Shown here: positions 29,405 to 38,163 of the stretch, piece after piece | Layout of the letters: the number at the start of each line of letters is the position of its first letter | Numbering within the stretch: the stretch's first letter is position 1 | From: an uncultured Candidatus Poseidoniales archaeon | GTDB taxonomy: Archaea; Thermoplasmatota; Poseidoniia; Poseidoniales; Thalassarchaeaceae | Assembly: GCA_964556195.1 (NCBI GenBank) | Contig: CAZKVK010000003.1 | Location: 8,134-66,570, forward strand | Reading direction: 5' to 3' | Length of the DNA: 58,437 nucleotides | Program-made: the position numbers and the translations under genes | The notes under the pieces: model-generated | Database searches by the model: none | What the model saw: the letters and a program-made list of their open reading frames with translations, nothing else | What the model was told of the DNA's origin: nothing

Positions 29405-30295
29405 TCACAGTGGAAGGTCATCGCGCTCGGACTTTTCTCCATCTGTCCAATCATAAATCCCTCTTCCACTCTTCTTTCCAAGACTTCCTTCTTCAACAAG
29501 AGAATTGAGCAATTGATGAGGGCTGTATGAATCATCCTCAAACGCTTCTGCCAGACTATTGAGGATATCTCGTCTTACATCCAATCCGACTAGGTCGGAG
29601 AGTTCCAAAGGCCCCATAGGGTGCCTGTAACCTAACCGCATGGCAGTGTCGATGTCAGAGGCGCTTGCTACTCCATCGGCAAGCATACGAATCGCTTCAT
29701 TGCCGATAACAACTCCCAGTCTGCTGGTTGCAAATCCTGGTACATCGTTGACGAGGATAGTTTCTTTACCCATTGCATAACCGATTGATTGCGCCGCTAC
29801 AATAGTATCTTCAGAGCAAGACCCATGGCGAACAACTTCGAGTAATTTCATTATTGGAACCGGATTAAAAAAATGCATTCCAATTACTCTTTCTGGACAA
29901 TTTGTCGACTCTGCTATGGCAGAAATCGGTAGACTTGAGGTATTGGTTGCCAGAAGAGCGTGAGGTGGTGCCATCTCCTCTAACTGAGCAAATATTTTCT
30001 GTTTCAATTCCATGTTTTCAGGCACTGCCTCAATAACTAGATCGACACCATTGACCGCTTCAGCCAAATCGGTACATTCACTGAGGTTATCTGACCATTT
30101 GGCTTTCTCTTGCTTTGTGGTTTTTCCACGAGCAATTCCTTTATTCCAGAAAGCCTCAATGCCCTTGATTCCCTTTTCAAGCCCCTCAGGAAATGCATCA
30201 TAGAGTCGGGTTTGCCAACCCGTTTGGGCGCAAACTTGAGCAATTCCTGCGCCCATCGTACCGGCGCCGATTACGGCGACGGTCCGAACATCCAT
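29405..30295 (-). CDS. 3-hydroxyacyl-CoA dehydrogenase (PaaH/Hbd-like)
   Basis: VIGAGTMGAGIA, EAVPE, NTSSL, GMHFFNP and HPMGPLEL motifs; start at 30295 or 30313. Confidence 0.93.
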   Translation of the reverse strand: MDVRTVAVIGAGTMGAGIAQVCAQTGWQTRLYDAFPEGLEKGIKGIEAFWNKGIARGKTTKQEKAKWSDNLSECTDLAEAVNGVDLVIEAVPENMELKQKIFAQLEEMAPPHALLATNTSSLPISAIAESTNCPERVIGMHFFNPVPIMKLLEVVRHGSCSEDTIVAAQSIGYAMGKETILVNDVPGFATSRLGVVIGNEAIRMLADGVASASDIDTAMRLGYRHPMGPLELSDLVGLDVRRDILNSLAEAFEDDSYSPHQLLNSLVEEGSLGKKSGRGIYDWTDGEKSERDDLPL

Positions 30296-30299
30296 CGTA

Positions 30300-30866
30300 T
30301 CACTCCCTGCCATAGGCAGCAAGGGCTGCTTGGAATAGCCGCTGTCGTGGCACGTCATGTTCCAAGAAGCAGGTGAATGGTGCCACGTCTTTCAGTAATT
30401 CAATTGCTGAGACATAGGCGCCGTAAATGAATGGGTCAGCGACTTCCGTCGCTGGAATATCAATTCCCAACTTTGCCAATCCTTTGCGCGTATCCTCGTC
30501 CCAAATTGCATAGGTGTGTTGGGTGAAGTGGAGGTATGCTGAGAGTCTGCAGATATCCGATCGTGCCTTTTCTGTAAAGGAGTCGATAAGTAGCGTGTCT
30601 GGATAGCGAATTGCATACATTGCTAATTTGACTTCTCGAGTTGTTTCCTCTCTCCAATCGCGCTTGTCTGAACCCATCCAGTAATCCACCATATCTAGCA
30701 TGTCGTTGCTATATGGTCGGTGAACACGGTAGAGTAATTCTTCGTATCCTTCGGGATTTTGCTCTTCCGAGTGGTGATGTTCATAGAAAAGGTCAGTAAG
30801 TCTGTCGAAGAATGGCTTGCAGCGTTCCTTATCGAACGCAAGTAGTGCTAGATGTTGCATCTTCAT
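30300..30866 (-). CDS. Hypothetical protein translationally coupled to the boxB-like gene
   Basis: Its ATG at 30866 overlaps the boxB-like stop codon (ATGA); predicted helical; function unknown. Confidence 0.7.
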   Translation of the reverse strand: MKMQHLALLAFDKERCKPFFDRLTDLFYEHHHSEEQNPEGYEELLYRVHRPYSNDMLDMVDYWMGSDKRDWREETTREVKLAMYAIRYPDTLLIDSFTEKARSDICRLSAYLHFTQHTYAIWDEDTRKGLAKLGIDIPATEVADPFIYGAYVSAIELLKDVAPFTCFLEHDVPRQRLFQAALAAYGRE

Positions 30867-32005
30867 TCGCCCTTCCACTCTCGGTATTGAATCCACTCTT
30901 CCTGCATGTATTCATTCATCAGGCGGTCTTCGTCTTCGTCGGTTGGTAAAACATCGGTAAGGTAAGCGTTCCAATCAGAATCACTTCCTTCGAAATCTTC
31001 TCCTTCGAGCGTGAATCTCTTTCCTGCATACTTTCCAATTCCACGATTGAATTTGTCTGATGGAATTGTCAGCTCAGGCTCACCATCTTTTCGAGCCTTT
31101 GAGATGCGTCGCATCTCATCTCTCAATTCTTGGAAATAGAGCTCTCGGCTGGCCTCATTCAGGTGAGCCCTGTCAGCATCTCCCTCGGACTCTCTCTCAT
31201 CGTAGCGGCCCTTGATTCCGTAGACGTAGGCCCACTGGGCACTAGTCGAATCATCGGTTCCAAACAGGTCGAGTCCTGTGCTGACCCACTTGTTGATGTA
31301 TTTCTGCAAGAGGGAACAAGGAATTACTCCTTGCTTGACGATTCTTCGTAGCCCATTAGCTCCTGTACCAAGATGAAAAGATTCCTCCTTTAGCATTGGA
31401 CCCATTGATGCAGCAAGTGGCTGGAAGGAAGAAGTGCTGAGCATCTTCAATTGGTACTTTCCATCGCGATCAATAAAGTGAGTGAAGCAGAAGAAATCTA
31501 GCCAATGATCGATGGGTGCGTTGAACGACCCAAGGATTCTAGTCCCCTCCTGAGCATTTCGCTCAAGCAGTTTTGCGGCCTCCCTAACACCATGCTCTCC
31601 GAAGTAAGTGCAGAGGAGATATGCCATCTGCCAACCGTGTCTCTGCTCTTCGCACATGATACGTAGGGCCGACTTTTTGTCGTACTCAGTGGGTGCGGTC
31701 TCTAGTAGGTGGTTCTGTTGTTCCACACTAGCGAACTCAGTGTCTCCCTGAACGCTTACCATCGAGATGATTGCATCTCGGATGTTTTGTTGCGGAATTT
31801 GCATTCTTCGCTGCCATTTTGGCATCCCTTCGAAATCTCCGAATTCGATGCTGTTTCCGGCGGTGTCCCAATCGAATTTGATATCAAATCTGTAGTCTCC
31901 AAGCCACGAAGGGTCGAAGCCAATACGAGTTTGCCATTCTTGGAAATCGCTAATCCAGGCTTCAAAATTTGGAGAGTAGTCCTGAACAATCTCGGTCTCT
32001 GTCAT
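30863..32005 (-). CDS. boxB: BoxB-like benzoyl-CoA 2,3-epoxidase subunit (PaaA/BoxB diiron family)
   Basis: QGDTEFASVEQQ, EEQRH, RILGSFN, FIDRDGKYQL and EESFH match BoxB motifs, with all six diiron ligands; likely start MTETE at 32005. Confidence 0.82.
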   Translation of the reverse strand: MTETEIVQDYSPNFEAWISDFQEWQTRIGFDPSWLGDYRFDIKFDWDTAGNSIEFGDFEGMPKWQRRMQIPQQNIRDAIISMVSVQGDTEFASVEQQNHLLETAPTEYDKKSALRIMCEEQRHGWQMAYLLCTYFGEHGVREAAKLLERNAQEGTRILGSFNAPIDHWLDFFCFTHFIDRDGKYQLKMLSTSSFQPLAASMGPMLKEESFHLGTGANGLRRIVKQGVIPCSLLQKYINKWVSTGLDLFGTDDSTSAQWAYVYGIKGRYDERESEGDADRAHLNEASRELYFQELRDEMRRISKARKDGEPELTIPSDKFNRGIGKYAGKRFTLEGEDFEGSDSDWNAYLTDVLPTDEDEDRLMNEYMQEEWIQYREWKGE

Positions 32006-32078
32006 GGGTAGAGCCAAAGGTAACCCGTATATCAATGACTGCTTCTAAGACGTAGTCTTAGATTGTCGAAAACCTAGT

Positions 32079-32960
32079 TCACTTGCCTTCGAAGCGAGGA
32101 GTTCGACGCTCGACGTAAGCGGCGATACCTTCCTTTGCGTCTTCACTGTTGAAGAGGGCTGCTTGCAACTCTCTCTCAAGTGCGAGGTGGTATTCGAATG
32201 GCATCTCAGGTCCGGATTGAACCGAGCGCTTGATGTTTCCAACAGCCAAAGTGGCCTTGTATGGCAGGGTGAATTGTCCAGCGTAGTCTAGGATATCTTG
32301 GCGAAATTCGTCAAGTGAACCATCCCATACATCGTTGATTAGATCCATTTCTTTCGCCTTCTCAAAGGCCATCAACTCTCCGCTAACCATGTACTCAAGA
32401 GCTCTCGACTTACCTATGATTCGTGATAGTCGGGCTGTACCTCCAGTACCGGCTAGAACGCCGAGGTTGATTTCTGGAAGTCCACACTTTCCGCTGTCTT
32501 TTCTTGCGATTCGGATATCACAGGCCATTGCGATCTCTAATCCACCACCGACGGCGTGACCATTGATTGCACAGATTACCAACTTTGGAGTCTGTTCAAG
32601 GCGGCTAAGAGTTTCGTTTGCATGAAGACAGAAATTGTACTTGAATCCGGGTGTGACGGAGTTTAGCATTTGGATTGAAGCACCGGCGGAGAAGAATTTG
32701 TGGCCATTACCAGTGATTAGAATCACGCTGACATCATCATTGAATCGAGCCTTTACGACGGCCGTGTCGATATCTCGCATCATTTCATGGGTGTAGGTAT
32801 TCGGTCCAACTTCGTCTCCTTCCAACGGCCCACCAGCAGAGTTCGATGCAAGTTCGATAATTGCGATACCGTTGTCAGTCACTCCATAGTTCACGAGGCG
32901 GTTGGGCATTGGCTCTAGTTCAGGCCATGATGTCATAACTTGCCGACCGAAGGTCGCCAT
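32079..32960 (-). CDS. Crotonase-family protein resembling the N-terminal domain of BoxC (benzoyl-CoA-dihydrodiol lyase)
   Basis: FSAGASI...FKYNFCLHANETL resembles the BoxC FKVNFC..TNET motif; single crotonase domain; start at 32960 or 32936. Confidence 0.75.
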   Translation of the reverse strand: MATFGRQVMTSWPELEPMPNRLVNYGVTDNGIAIIELASNSAGGPLEGDEVGPNTYTHEMMRDIDTAVVKARFNDDVSVILITGNGHKFFSAGASIQMLNSVTPGFKYNFCLHANETLSRLEQTPKLVICAINGHAVGGGLEIAMACDIRIARKDSGKCGLPEINLGVLAGTGGTARLSRIIGKSRALEYMVSGELMAFEKAKEMDLINDVWDGSLDEFRQDILDYAGQFTLPYKATLAVGNIKRSVQSGPEMPFEYHLALERELQAALFNSEDAKEGIAAYVERRTPRFEGK

Positions 32961-33006
32961 ATCAAACAAACGGCGATTGAAATATAATGTTTCCAACCTT
33001 CATTCA

Positions 33007-34329
33007 TCAAATCAACAGTGCAAATAGTACGCTTATCTTTGATGGCGCATTCTCCATGGAAGTCCTTCTTGCAGTAAAATCAAACAATAGGTTCTGTAGA
33101 AATTCTTTTCTTTCAACTCTTGAGACAAATCTATTCATCAAGAACGGAGATGTGAGAAATTTTTGAAACAAAGCCGCATGAGACATTTCGACTTCCATTT
33201 CCTTCCAGAGTCGTTCCTGGTATTCTATTGCGGCCTCTTCAGGAAAGCCATCTCCTAGATAGTCGCGAGAAAAGAGAGAGATTGCTAGTTTTGCGGAATG
33301 AACTGCGTTACCTATTCCTTCCCCTGAAAAGGGGTCAACTAAACTTGCAGAATCTCCAATTAGCAATCCACCAGCCATTGCCGAGCGCCTTGGTTGAAAT
33401 CCAGAAGGCGAATTTTTCCTCGGTGACCCCAAAGGAAGCTTGGACCCCTTACCATTTCCTAATGGTTTTGCATTTTCAAATCTTGGAGCGAATTTTGGGC
33501 TTTCATTAATCACGTAATCCATCATTTTTCTTAATTTCACAGAACGTGAATCTAGGTCCTTTTGGAGAGTGCCAAGGCCAACATTTACCACTCCTTCCGA
33601 TACTGGGAAAATCCAGAAATACCCCGGAGCGATGCCGTCAATGAAGTGAACCTCTATCTGGTTTGAACAATCAGAGACTCCCGACCAATACTGTCTATAT
33701 GCGGTTGCATAATGCTTGGAGTTGGACAGAGGCTCCTCAAAGGCATCGCCAATTAGAGAACGTGAAACGGGACAATTGTAACCTCCTGCTCCTATGGTCA
33801 ACGGAGCATTAAATTCCAACTGTTCTCTTGCCCCATCAGCCGATTTCTTTTGACCTCGAATTCCAATAATTTTGTTTTTATTTTCAGAGTAAAGAATTTC
33901 TTTGACAGTAAATTCCTCAATAACAGTACCTCCTGAACTTTCCACCATATGCTTTGCCTTCTTGAACAAAGTGTGATCGAAAATTTCTCTTGTTTGGCAC
34001 CATGCTTGTGGATAGTATTCTTTACTATTCTCTGGTAAAATAATAGTAGCCTCATTTCCATTTGGACTGGACACCCTCAAGCCATTAAATGGCGCTACAT
34101 CTTCAAGAAAATCTTCAGGATTCATATTGAATTCTCTTAGAAAAGATTGGGTTTTCCATCCCAAAGCATCGCCACAAGTTTTGTCTCTAGGGAATCTAGC
34201 TCTGTCAACTAACAATACGCGATAGCCATCGCGAGCAGCATAACAGGCAGCTGCACTACCCGCAGGTCCTGAGCCAACCACAATAATGTCATGGGGGCCC
34301 CCTGATTGAGCCGATTTATTGACTGACAC
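33007..34329 (-). CDS. Geranylgeranyl reductase family FAD-dependent oxidoreductase
   Basis: VGSGPAGS, RDKTCGDAL, PGYFWIFP (PxxYxWxFP) and GDSASLVDPFSGEGIGNA motifs. Confidence 0.88.
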   Translation of the reverse strand: MSVNKSAQSGGPHDIIVVGSGPAGSAAACYAARDGYRVLLVDRARFPRDKTCGDALGWKTQSFLREFNMNPEDFLEDVAPFNGLRVSSPNGNEATIILPENSKEYYPQAWCQTREIFDHTLFKKAKHMVESSGGTVIEEFTVKEILYSENKNKIIGIRGQKKSADGAREQLEFNAPLTIGAGGYNCPVSRSLIGDAFEEPLSNSKHYATAYRQYWSGVSDCSNQIEVHFIDGIAPGYFWIFPVSEGVVNVGLGTLQKDLDSRSVKLRKMMDYVINESPKFAPRFENAKPLGNGKGSKLPLGSPRKNSPSGFQPRRSAMAGGLLIGDSASLVDPFSGEGIGNAVHSAKLAISLFSRDYLGDGFPEEAAIEYQERLWKEMEVEMSHAALFQKFLTSPFLMNRFVSRVERKEFLQNLLFDFTARRTSMENAPSKISVLFALLI

Positions 34330-34420
34330 CGTTACTGCGTAAACTATCCATTGTTTTTATTTTCCTCATGCAGTTTTAGTTGTTAATTACACCCAAATAT
34401 TGCTATAAATAACTACATAA

Positions 34421-35515
34421 ATGGTGTATTCTTTTCTTTTGATGGGTGTCATGTTGGTATCAGACGAAGCCGTAAAACCATCAGAAAACCTTGTTGTTCA
34501 GAATAGTTATGGGAAGTCTGAGATTAATGCTAAAATTAAGCCTTGGATGTCATTTGTAGGCGGTGAAAAGAGTATAATTCCAACTTGGCTAAGATGGTTT
34601 GTAATTTGGCAATTTGCATTTTTGCTACTGTTAATCGTCATGCAAGTTACAAATGCTGAAACCGAATTTCAAACGGTTGCATTGGGTGCAACTCTAGCTG
34701 GATTTTTCTTCACCTGGGCCCCCTGCCATATCTGTAGATTAATTGAAAATCTACATTCAGAATGGGAGCAAAGTCCGATAGATAAAGTTCTAGATATGGA
34801 TTGGGAATCCGAAGGACAAAGAGTGATTTCATCTAAGCTAAACTACATCGGAGTCGCAGTCCTATTCATTGCATATTCTCTATTCTACTATATTACTGCA
34901 GGTTTCTCACTACCTGACGGTCTGTGGTTCAGTAATCAGGCCTCAAACATTCTGTTTTCACTAATTATACTAACAGTATTCCTAATCGGTGGATGGGCTA
35001 CTGCATTCCTAGTTCAGGTGTCTCTATTACCAATGAAAATGAAGGCTGAAGAATCTCTTCCTCCATCTCCTTGGGAGCATCATATGCAACCTTTGAGGAC
35101 TTTATCAGGACTATTTCTTGTTCTTTCATTATATGGAACGATGGTTGTAATTTGTGTGATGATCATTGCTCTTAATTTCCCTCCAAACCTCCAACAATAT
35201 GCTTTCGCCTTGGTGATTGGAGTTGGATTAGTTGCCCTTTTTGCCTTCATCTTCCCCCAGATGGGTGTACATCAACAATTACGGGAATACAAAGATGAGT
35301 ATTTACTAGGTATTTCAGTCCAACTTGAAAAGGTTATGATGGAGGTGAAAGAGAATCCAACAGCCGAGAATCTGGCAAAATTCGAACAATTAATGAATAT
35401 GCATGATAGAATCAATGCACTTGATGAATGGCCTTTCAATATAGAACAATTAGGAACTGTTATGGCTTCTGTATTTATTCCAATGGGGGCATTCATCTTC
35501 GAAGCGTATCTCTAA
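34421..35515 (+). CDS. Multi-pass membrane hypothetical protein
   Basis: 364 aa with about 6-7 TM segments; ends ..EWPFN..QL; AT-rich coding sequence. Confidence 0.7.
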   Translation: MVYSFLLMGVMLVSDEAVKPSENLVVQNSYGKSEINAKIKPWMSFVGGEKSIIPTWLRWFVIWQFAFLLLLIVMQVTNAETEFQTVALGATLAGFFFTWAPCHICRLIENLHSEWEQSPIDKVLDMDWESEGQRVISSKLNYIGVAVLFIAYSLFYYITAGFSLPDGLWFSNQASNILFSLIILTVFLIGGWATAFLVQVSLLPMKMKAEESLPPSPWEHHMQPLRTLSGLFLVLSLYGTMVVICVMIIALNFPPNLQQYAFALVIGVGLVALFAFIFPQMGVHQQLREYKDEYLLGISVQLEKVMMEVKENPTAENLAKFEQLMNMHDRINALDEWPFNIEQLGTVMASVFIPMGAFIFEAYL

Positions 35516-35557
35516 TTACTCCCCATGTATTGAAGAAAGCCCCCTCTATCGGGAACT

Positions 35558-35980
35558 ATGGCCAGCGTGTCGGTAGTTGTTGAACCAGACACGCTGGATA
35601 CGGAATCGTTACGAAATATGCTTGAAACTGAAGGTTGCGGAAGTGTTGTTTCTTTTGTTGGATTGACTAGAGGTATCGACCAAGGACTAGAGGTCGAACG
35701 TTTGGAATTTGATGCTTGGGAGGAGCAATTACCCTCGGTATTGCAATCATTGTGTTTTGATGCATTAGAGCGCTTTTCCGTAAAGTCAGTTGTTGTAGCT
35801 CATCGCACCGGTTCTGTTGAACCTGAGGAGCCAATAGTCTGCATTCATGTCGGCTCAATACATCGTGTGGAAGGGTTTGAAGCATGTTCTTGGCTAATTT
35901 CTGAATTGAAGAACCAGGCTCCACTTTGGAAAAAGGAAGTACGAGTTGATGGGGAAATTTGGAAGGGCGGGCTGGGTTAA
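35558..35980 (+). CDS. moaE: Molybdopterin synthase catalytic subunit
   Basis: GSVVSFVGLTR, AHRTG, HRVEGFEAC and LKNQAPLWKKE motifs. Confidence 0.92.
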   Translation: MASVSVVVEPDTLDTESLRNMLETEGCGSVVSFVGLTRGIDQGLEVERLEFDAWEEQLPSVLQSLCFDALERFSVKSVVVAHRTGSVEPEEPIVCIHVGSIHRVEGFEACSWLISELKNQAPLWKKEVRVDGEIWKGGLG

Positions 35981-37320
35981 TTCATTCCTGACATTATTTC
36001 ATCAACAGCATGAGGAACATTCGCAGAGATTCCCTCTACCATCATCCATCCATGGCCTTTGACTCCATCTCCGACACAACGGATTCCTTCTACTCCAACA
36101 TCCATCGGTAACTCTGCTCCCTGGGGTGCTCGATTACATGGCCAATTACGATGATACGTGTGAACGCAAATTTCCTCACCATGATCTGCTAGCCATGGAA
36201 TTGCCTCATATAGGTCCTCGCGACCTTTGCTGATTTCTGATTTCACAGATGCGTCTGGAACATATTGGTGAGTAATCATCAGATGTTTTCCTTCAGGTGC
36301 AAGACTAGGGTCTGAGAAGGTTGGAATTACGAAGCCACCAACCCTGTCGAGATTCGGTAACATGGTTACTCCACTGCTCCTTACTGGAATATCATCATCT
36401 AGAGCAAAGCAGAATCCAATACCTCCAACCGCCTGAGTAGTATCAATTTGATTCCTTACATCTTCTTCCACTTCGAAATCATCTGAAAGGGCCTTGATTA
36501 GGTTCGGATGTCCTCCATTATGAATTATTGAATCGGCACCAACCCAAGTTGGCTCATCCCGCCCACGACGCCTTACACCGACACAGAATCGATTGTCTTT
36601 GGTTTCCTCTTCGGCGGCACCCGGAAGAATCTCAGTAACTTCGTGGCTGAGTTTTACTCTTGCTCCATTCTCCCGTAGATCCTTTCTTAGGCCATCAATC
36701 ACTCCCTTACAACCACCTTTTGGAACATGAGGGCGGTCACTCCAGAAGGAGTTCTGGAGGACACGAACAACTGAAGATGCAGGCATTTGGTCGAACCTTA
36801 GACTAATCGCGAAATTAGAGAAAGCATCAACAAAATCAACAAACTCTGGACTAAAGTATCTCTTCAACCAAGTTTTTCCATCTTCGGATTCGTCCACCCA
36901 TGGTTGTTTTGCTCCCTTGGTAAGGAGACGTGGCATATTCAGGGTATCTTTAGCGGTGAACCAAGGTAAAACACCATAGATTGAATTCGCTCCCTGAAAC
37001 TTACCATCAATCATTTGGCAAGCGAAATGAGTCGTAGGGAGTAACTCAACTCCATGACGGCCTAAATCAAGACCACCCTTACTTTTCTTACCCAAAATCA
37101 AATCTGCGAATGGCCCCTTCTTTCCATGAGGTATCATATGCACAGCACCGGTTGGAATTTGATATCCATCGTGATCATGCTGAGTGAATCTGCCACCTGC
37201 AAACGACATTCTTTCGTAGACGGTGACATCATAATCTCCGGTTTGTGCTAGTTTAGCTGCTGAAGACAGCCCTCCTAAACCCGCTCCAATAACCAATGCT
37301 TTGTTCTTTGACAACTCCAC
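35977..37320 (-). CDS. Phytoene-desaturase-like FAD-dependent oxidoreductase (COG1233-type)
   Basis: IGAGLGGL, ERMSFAGGRFT, TGAVHMIPHG..GP, PKGGCKGVID and VGDG motifs. Confidence 0.8.
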   Translation of the reverse strand: MELSKNKALVIGAGLGGLSSAAKLAQTGDYDVTVYERMSFAGGRFTQHDHDGYQIPTGAVHMIPHGKKGPFADLILGKKSKGGLDLGRHGVELLPTTHFACQMIDGKFQGANSIYGVLPWFTAKDTLNMPRLLTKGAKQPWVDESEDGKTWLKRYFSPEFVDFVDAFSNFAISLRFDQMPASSVVRVLQNSFWSDRPHVPKGGCKGVIDGLRKDLRENGARVKLSHEVTEILPGAAEEETKDNRFCVGVRRRGRDEPTWVGADSIIHNGGHPNLIKALSDDFEVEEDVRNQIDTTQAVGGIGFCFALDDDIPVRSSGVTMLPNLDRVGGFVIPTFSDPSLAPEGKHLMITHQYVPDASVKSEISKGREDLYEAIPWLADHGEEICVHTYHRNWPCNRAPQGAELPMDVGVEGIRCVGDGVKGHGWMMVEGISANVPHAVDEIMSGMN

Positions 37321-37323
37321 ACC

Positions 37324-37653
37324 TCAAGCGTATACTAATGCCCCAGTTGGACACCAAAGCAGACATCTGAGGCAGTCAGTACAATTGTCTTGGATTACTT
37401 CACACAGACCCTCTACAATCAAAGCATCATCTTTGCAAGCCATTAGGCAGTAAGAACAACCAACACATAGTTGGTCTAGAACCTGTAAGGTCATACCCTC
37501 AGAAGTTGGCTTATCATGGTCGACACCCGACTCCAATTGAGGTACGACTCCTGGAGTCGCCTTGTCACGGAAGGCTTCGGCCACGTCTCTTCGCTTCAGT
37601 TGGGGTATTTCAGAGCAGTGATTCATTCCGCACCTATGATTAGGGATATACAC
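37324..37653 (-). CDS. 2x[4Fe-4S] ferredoxin
   Basis: CVGCSYCLMAC and CTDCLRCLLWCP motifs; start uncertain. Confidence 0.85.
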   Translation of the reverse strand: MYIPNHRCGMNHCSEIPQLKRRDVAEAFRDKATPGVVPQLESGVDHDKPTSEGMTLQVLDQLCVGCSYCLMACKDDALIVEGLCEVIQDNCTDCLRCLLWCPTGALVYA

Positions 37654-37673
37654 CTCCCGAATTATCAGGGGTC

Positions 37674-38138
37674 ATGAGTTTGGAGGAGTCAATTACAGGA
37701 ATTATTGATGTTGGGTCTAAGCCAATAGTATCGCGTGAAGCAGTTGCAACTGGTGTACTAAATTTGTCACCCGCCAGTCTTGATGTTGTAGCAAACGGCC
37801 GTTCTCCAAAGGGAGATGTCCGCGAAGCATCGACGGTTGCAGTAATTCAGGCTGTGAAGGAAACTCCTCGAACCCTTCCCCATTGCCATCCCATTCCAAT
37901 TGAAGGCTGTACTGTAGATTGGATGATTGAGAAGGAGTTCCTACGATGCACAGTAACGGTTCGCACACACTGGACCACTGGAGTTGAGATGGAGGCTTTG
38001 TGCGGAGTTAATGCAGGTCTGTTGTGTGCGTGGGATATGCTGAAATCAGTCGAAAAGGACTCTAATGGCCAATATCCAGTCGCCCAAATCGACGGAGTAA
38101 GGGTTCTCAGAAAGAGCAAGGGCGACCCGCATGATTGA
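37674..38138 (+). CDS. moaC: Cyclic pyranopterin monophosphate synthase
   Basis: IDVGSKP..REAVATG, KGDV, LPHCHPIPI and TGVEMEAL motifs. Confidence 0.93.
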   Translation: MSLEESITGIIDVGSKPIVSREAVATGVLNLSPASLDVVANGRSPKGDVREASTVAVIQAVKETPRTLPHCHPIPIEGCTVDWMIEKEFLRCTVTVRTHWTTGVEMEALCGVNAGLLCAWDMLKSVEKDSNGQYPVAQIDGVRVLRKSKGDPHD

Positions 38139-38163
38139 AGGCTGAACGCTATTCGAGGTATTC

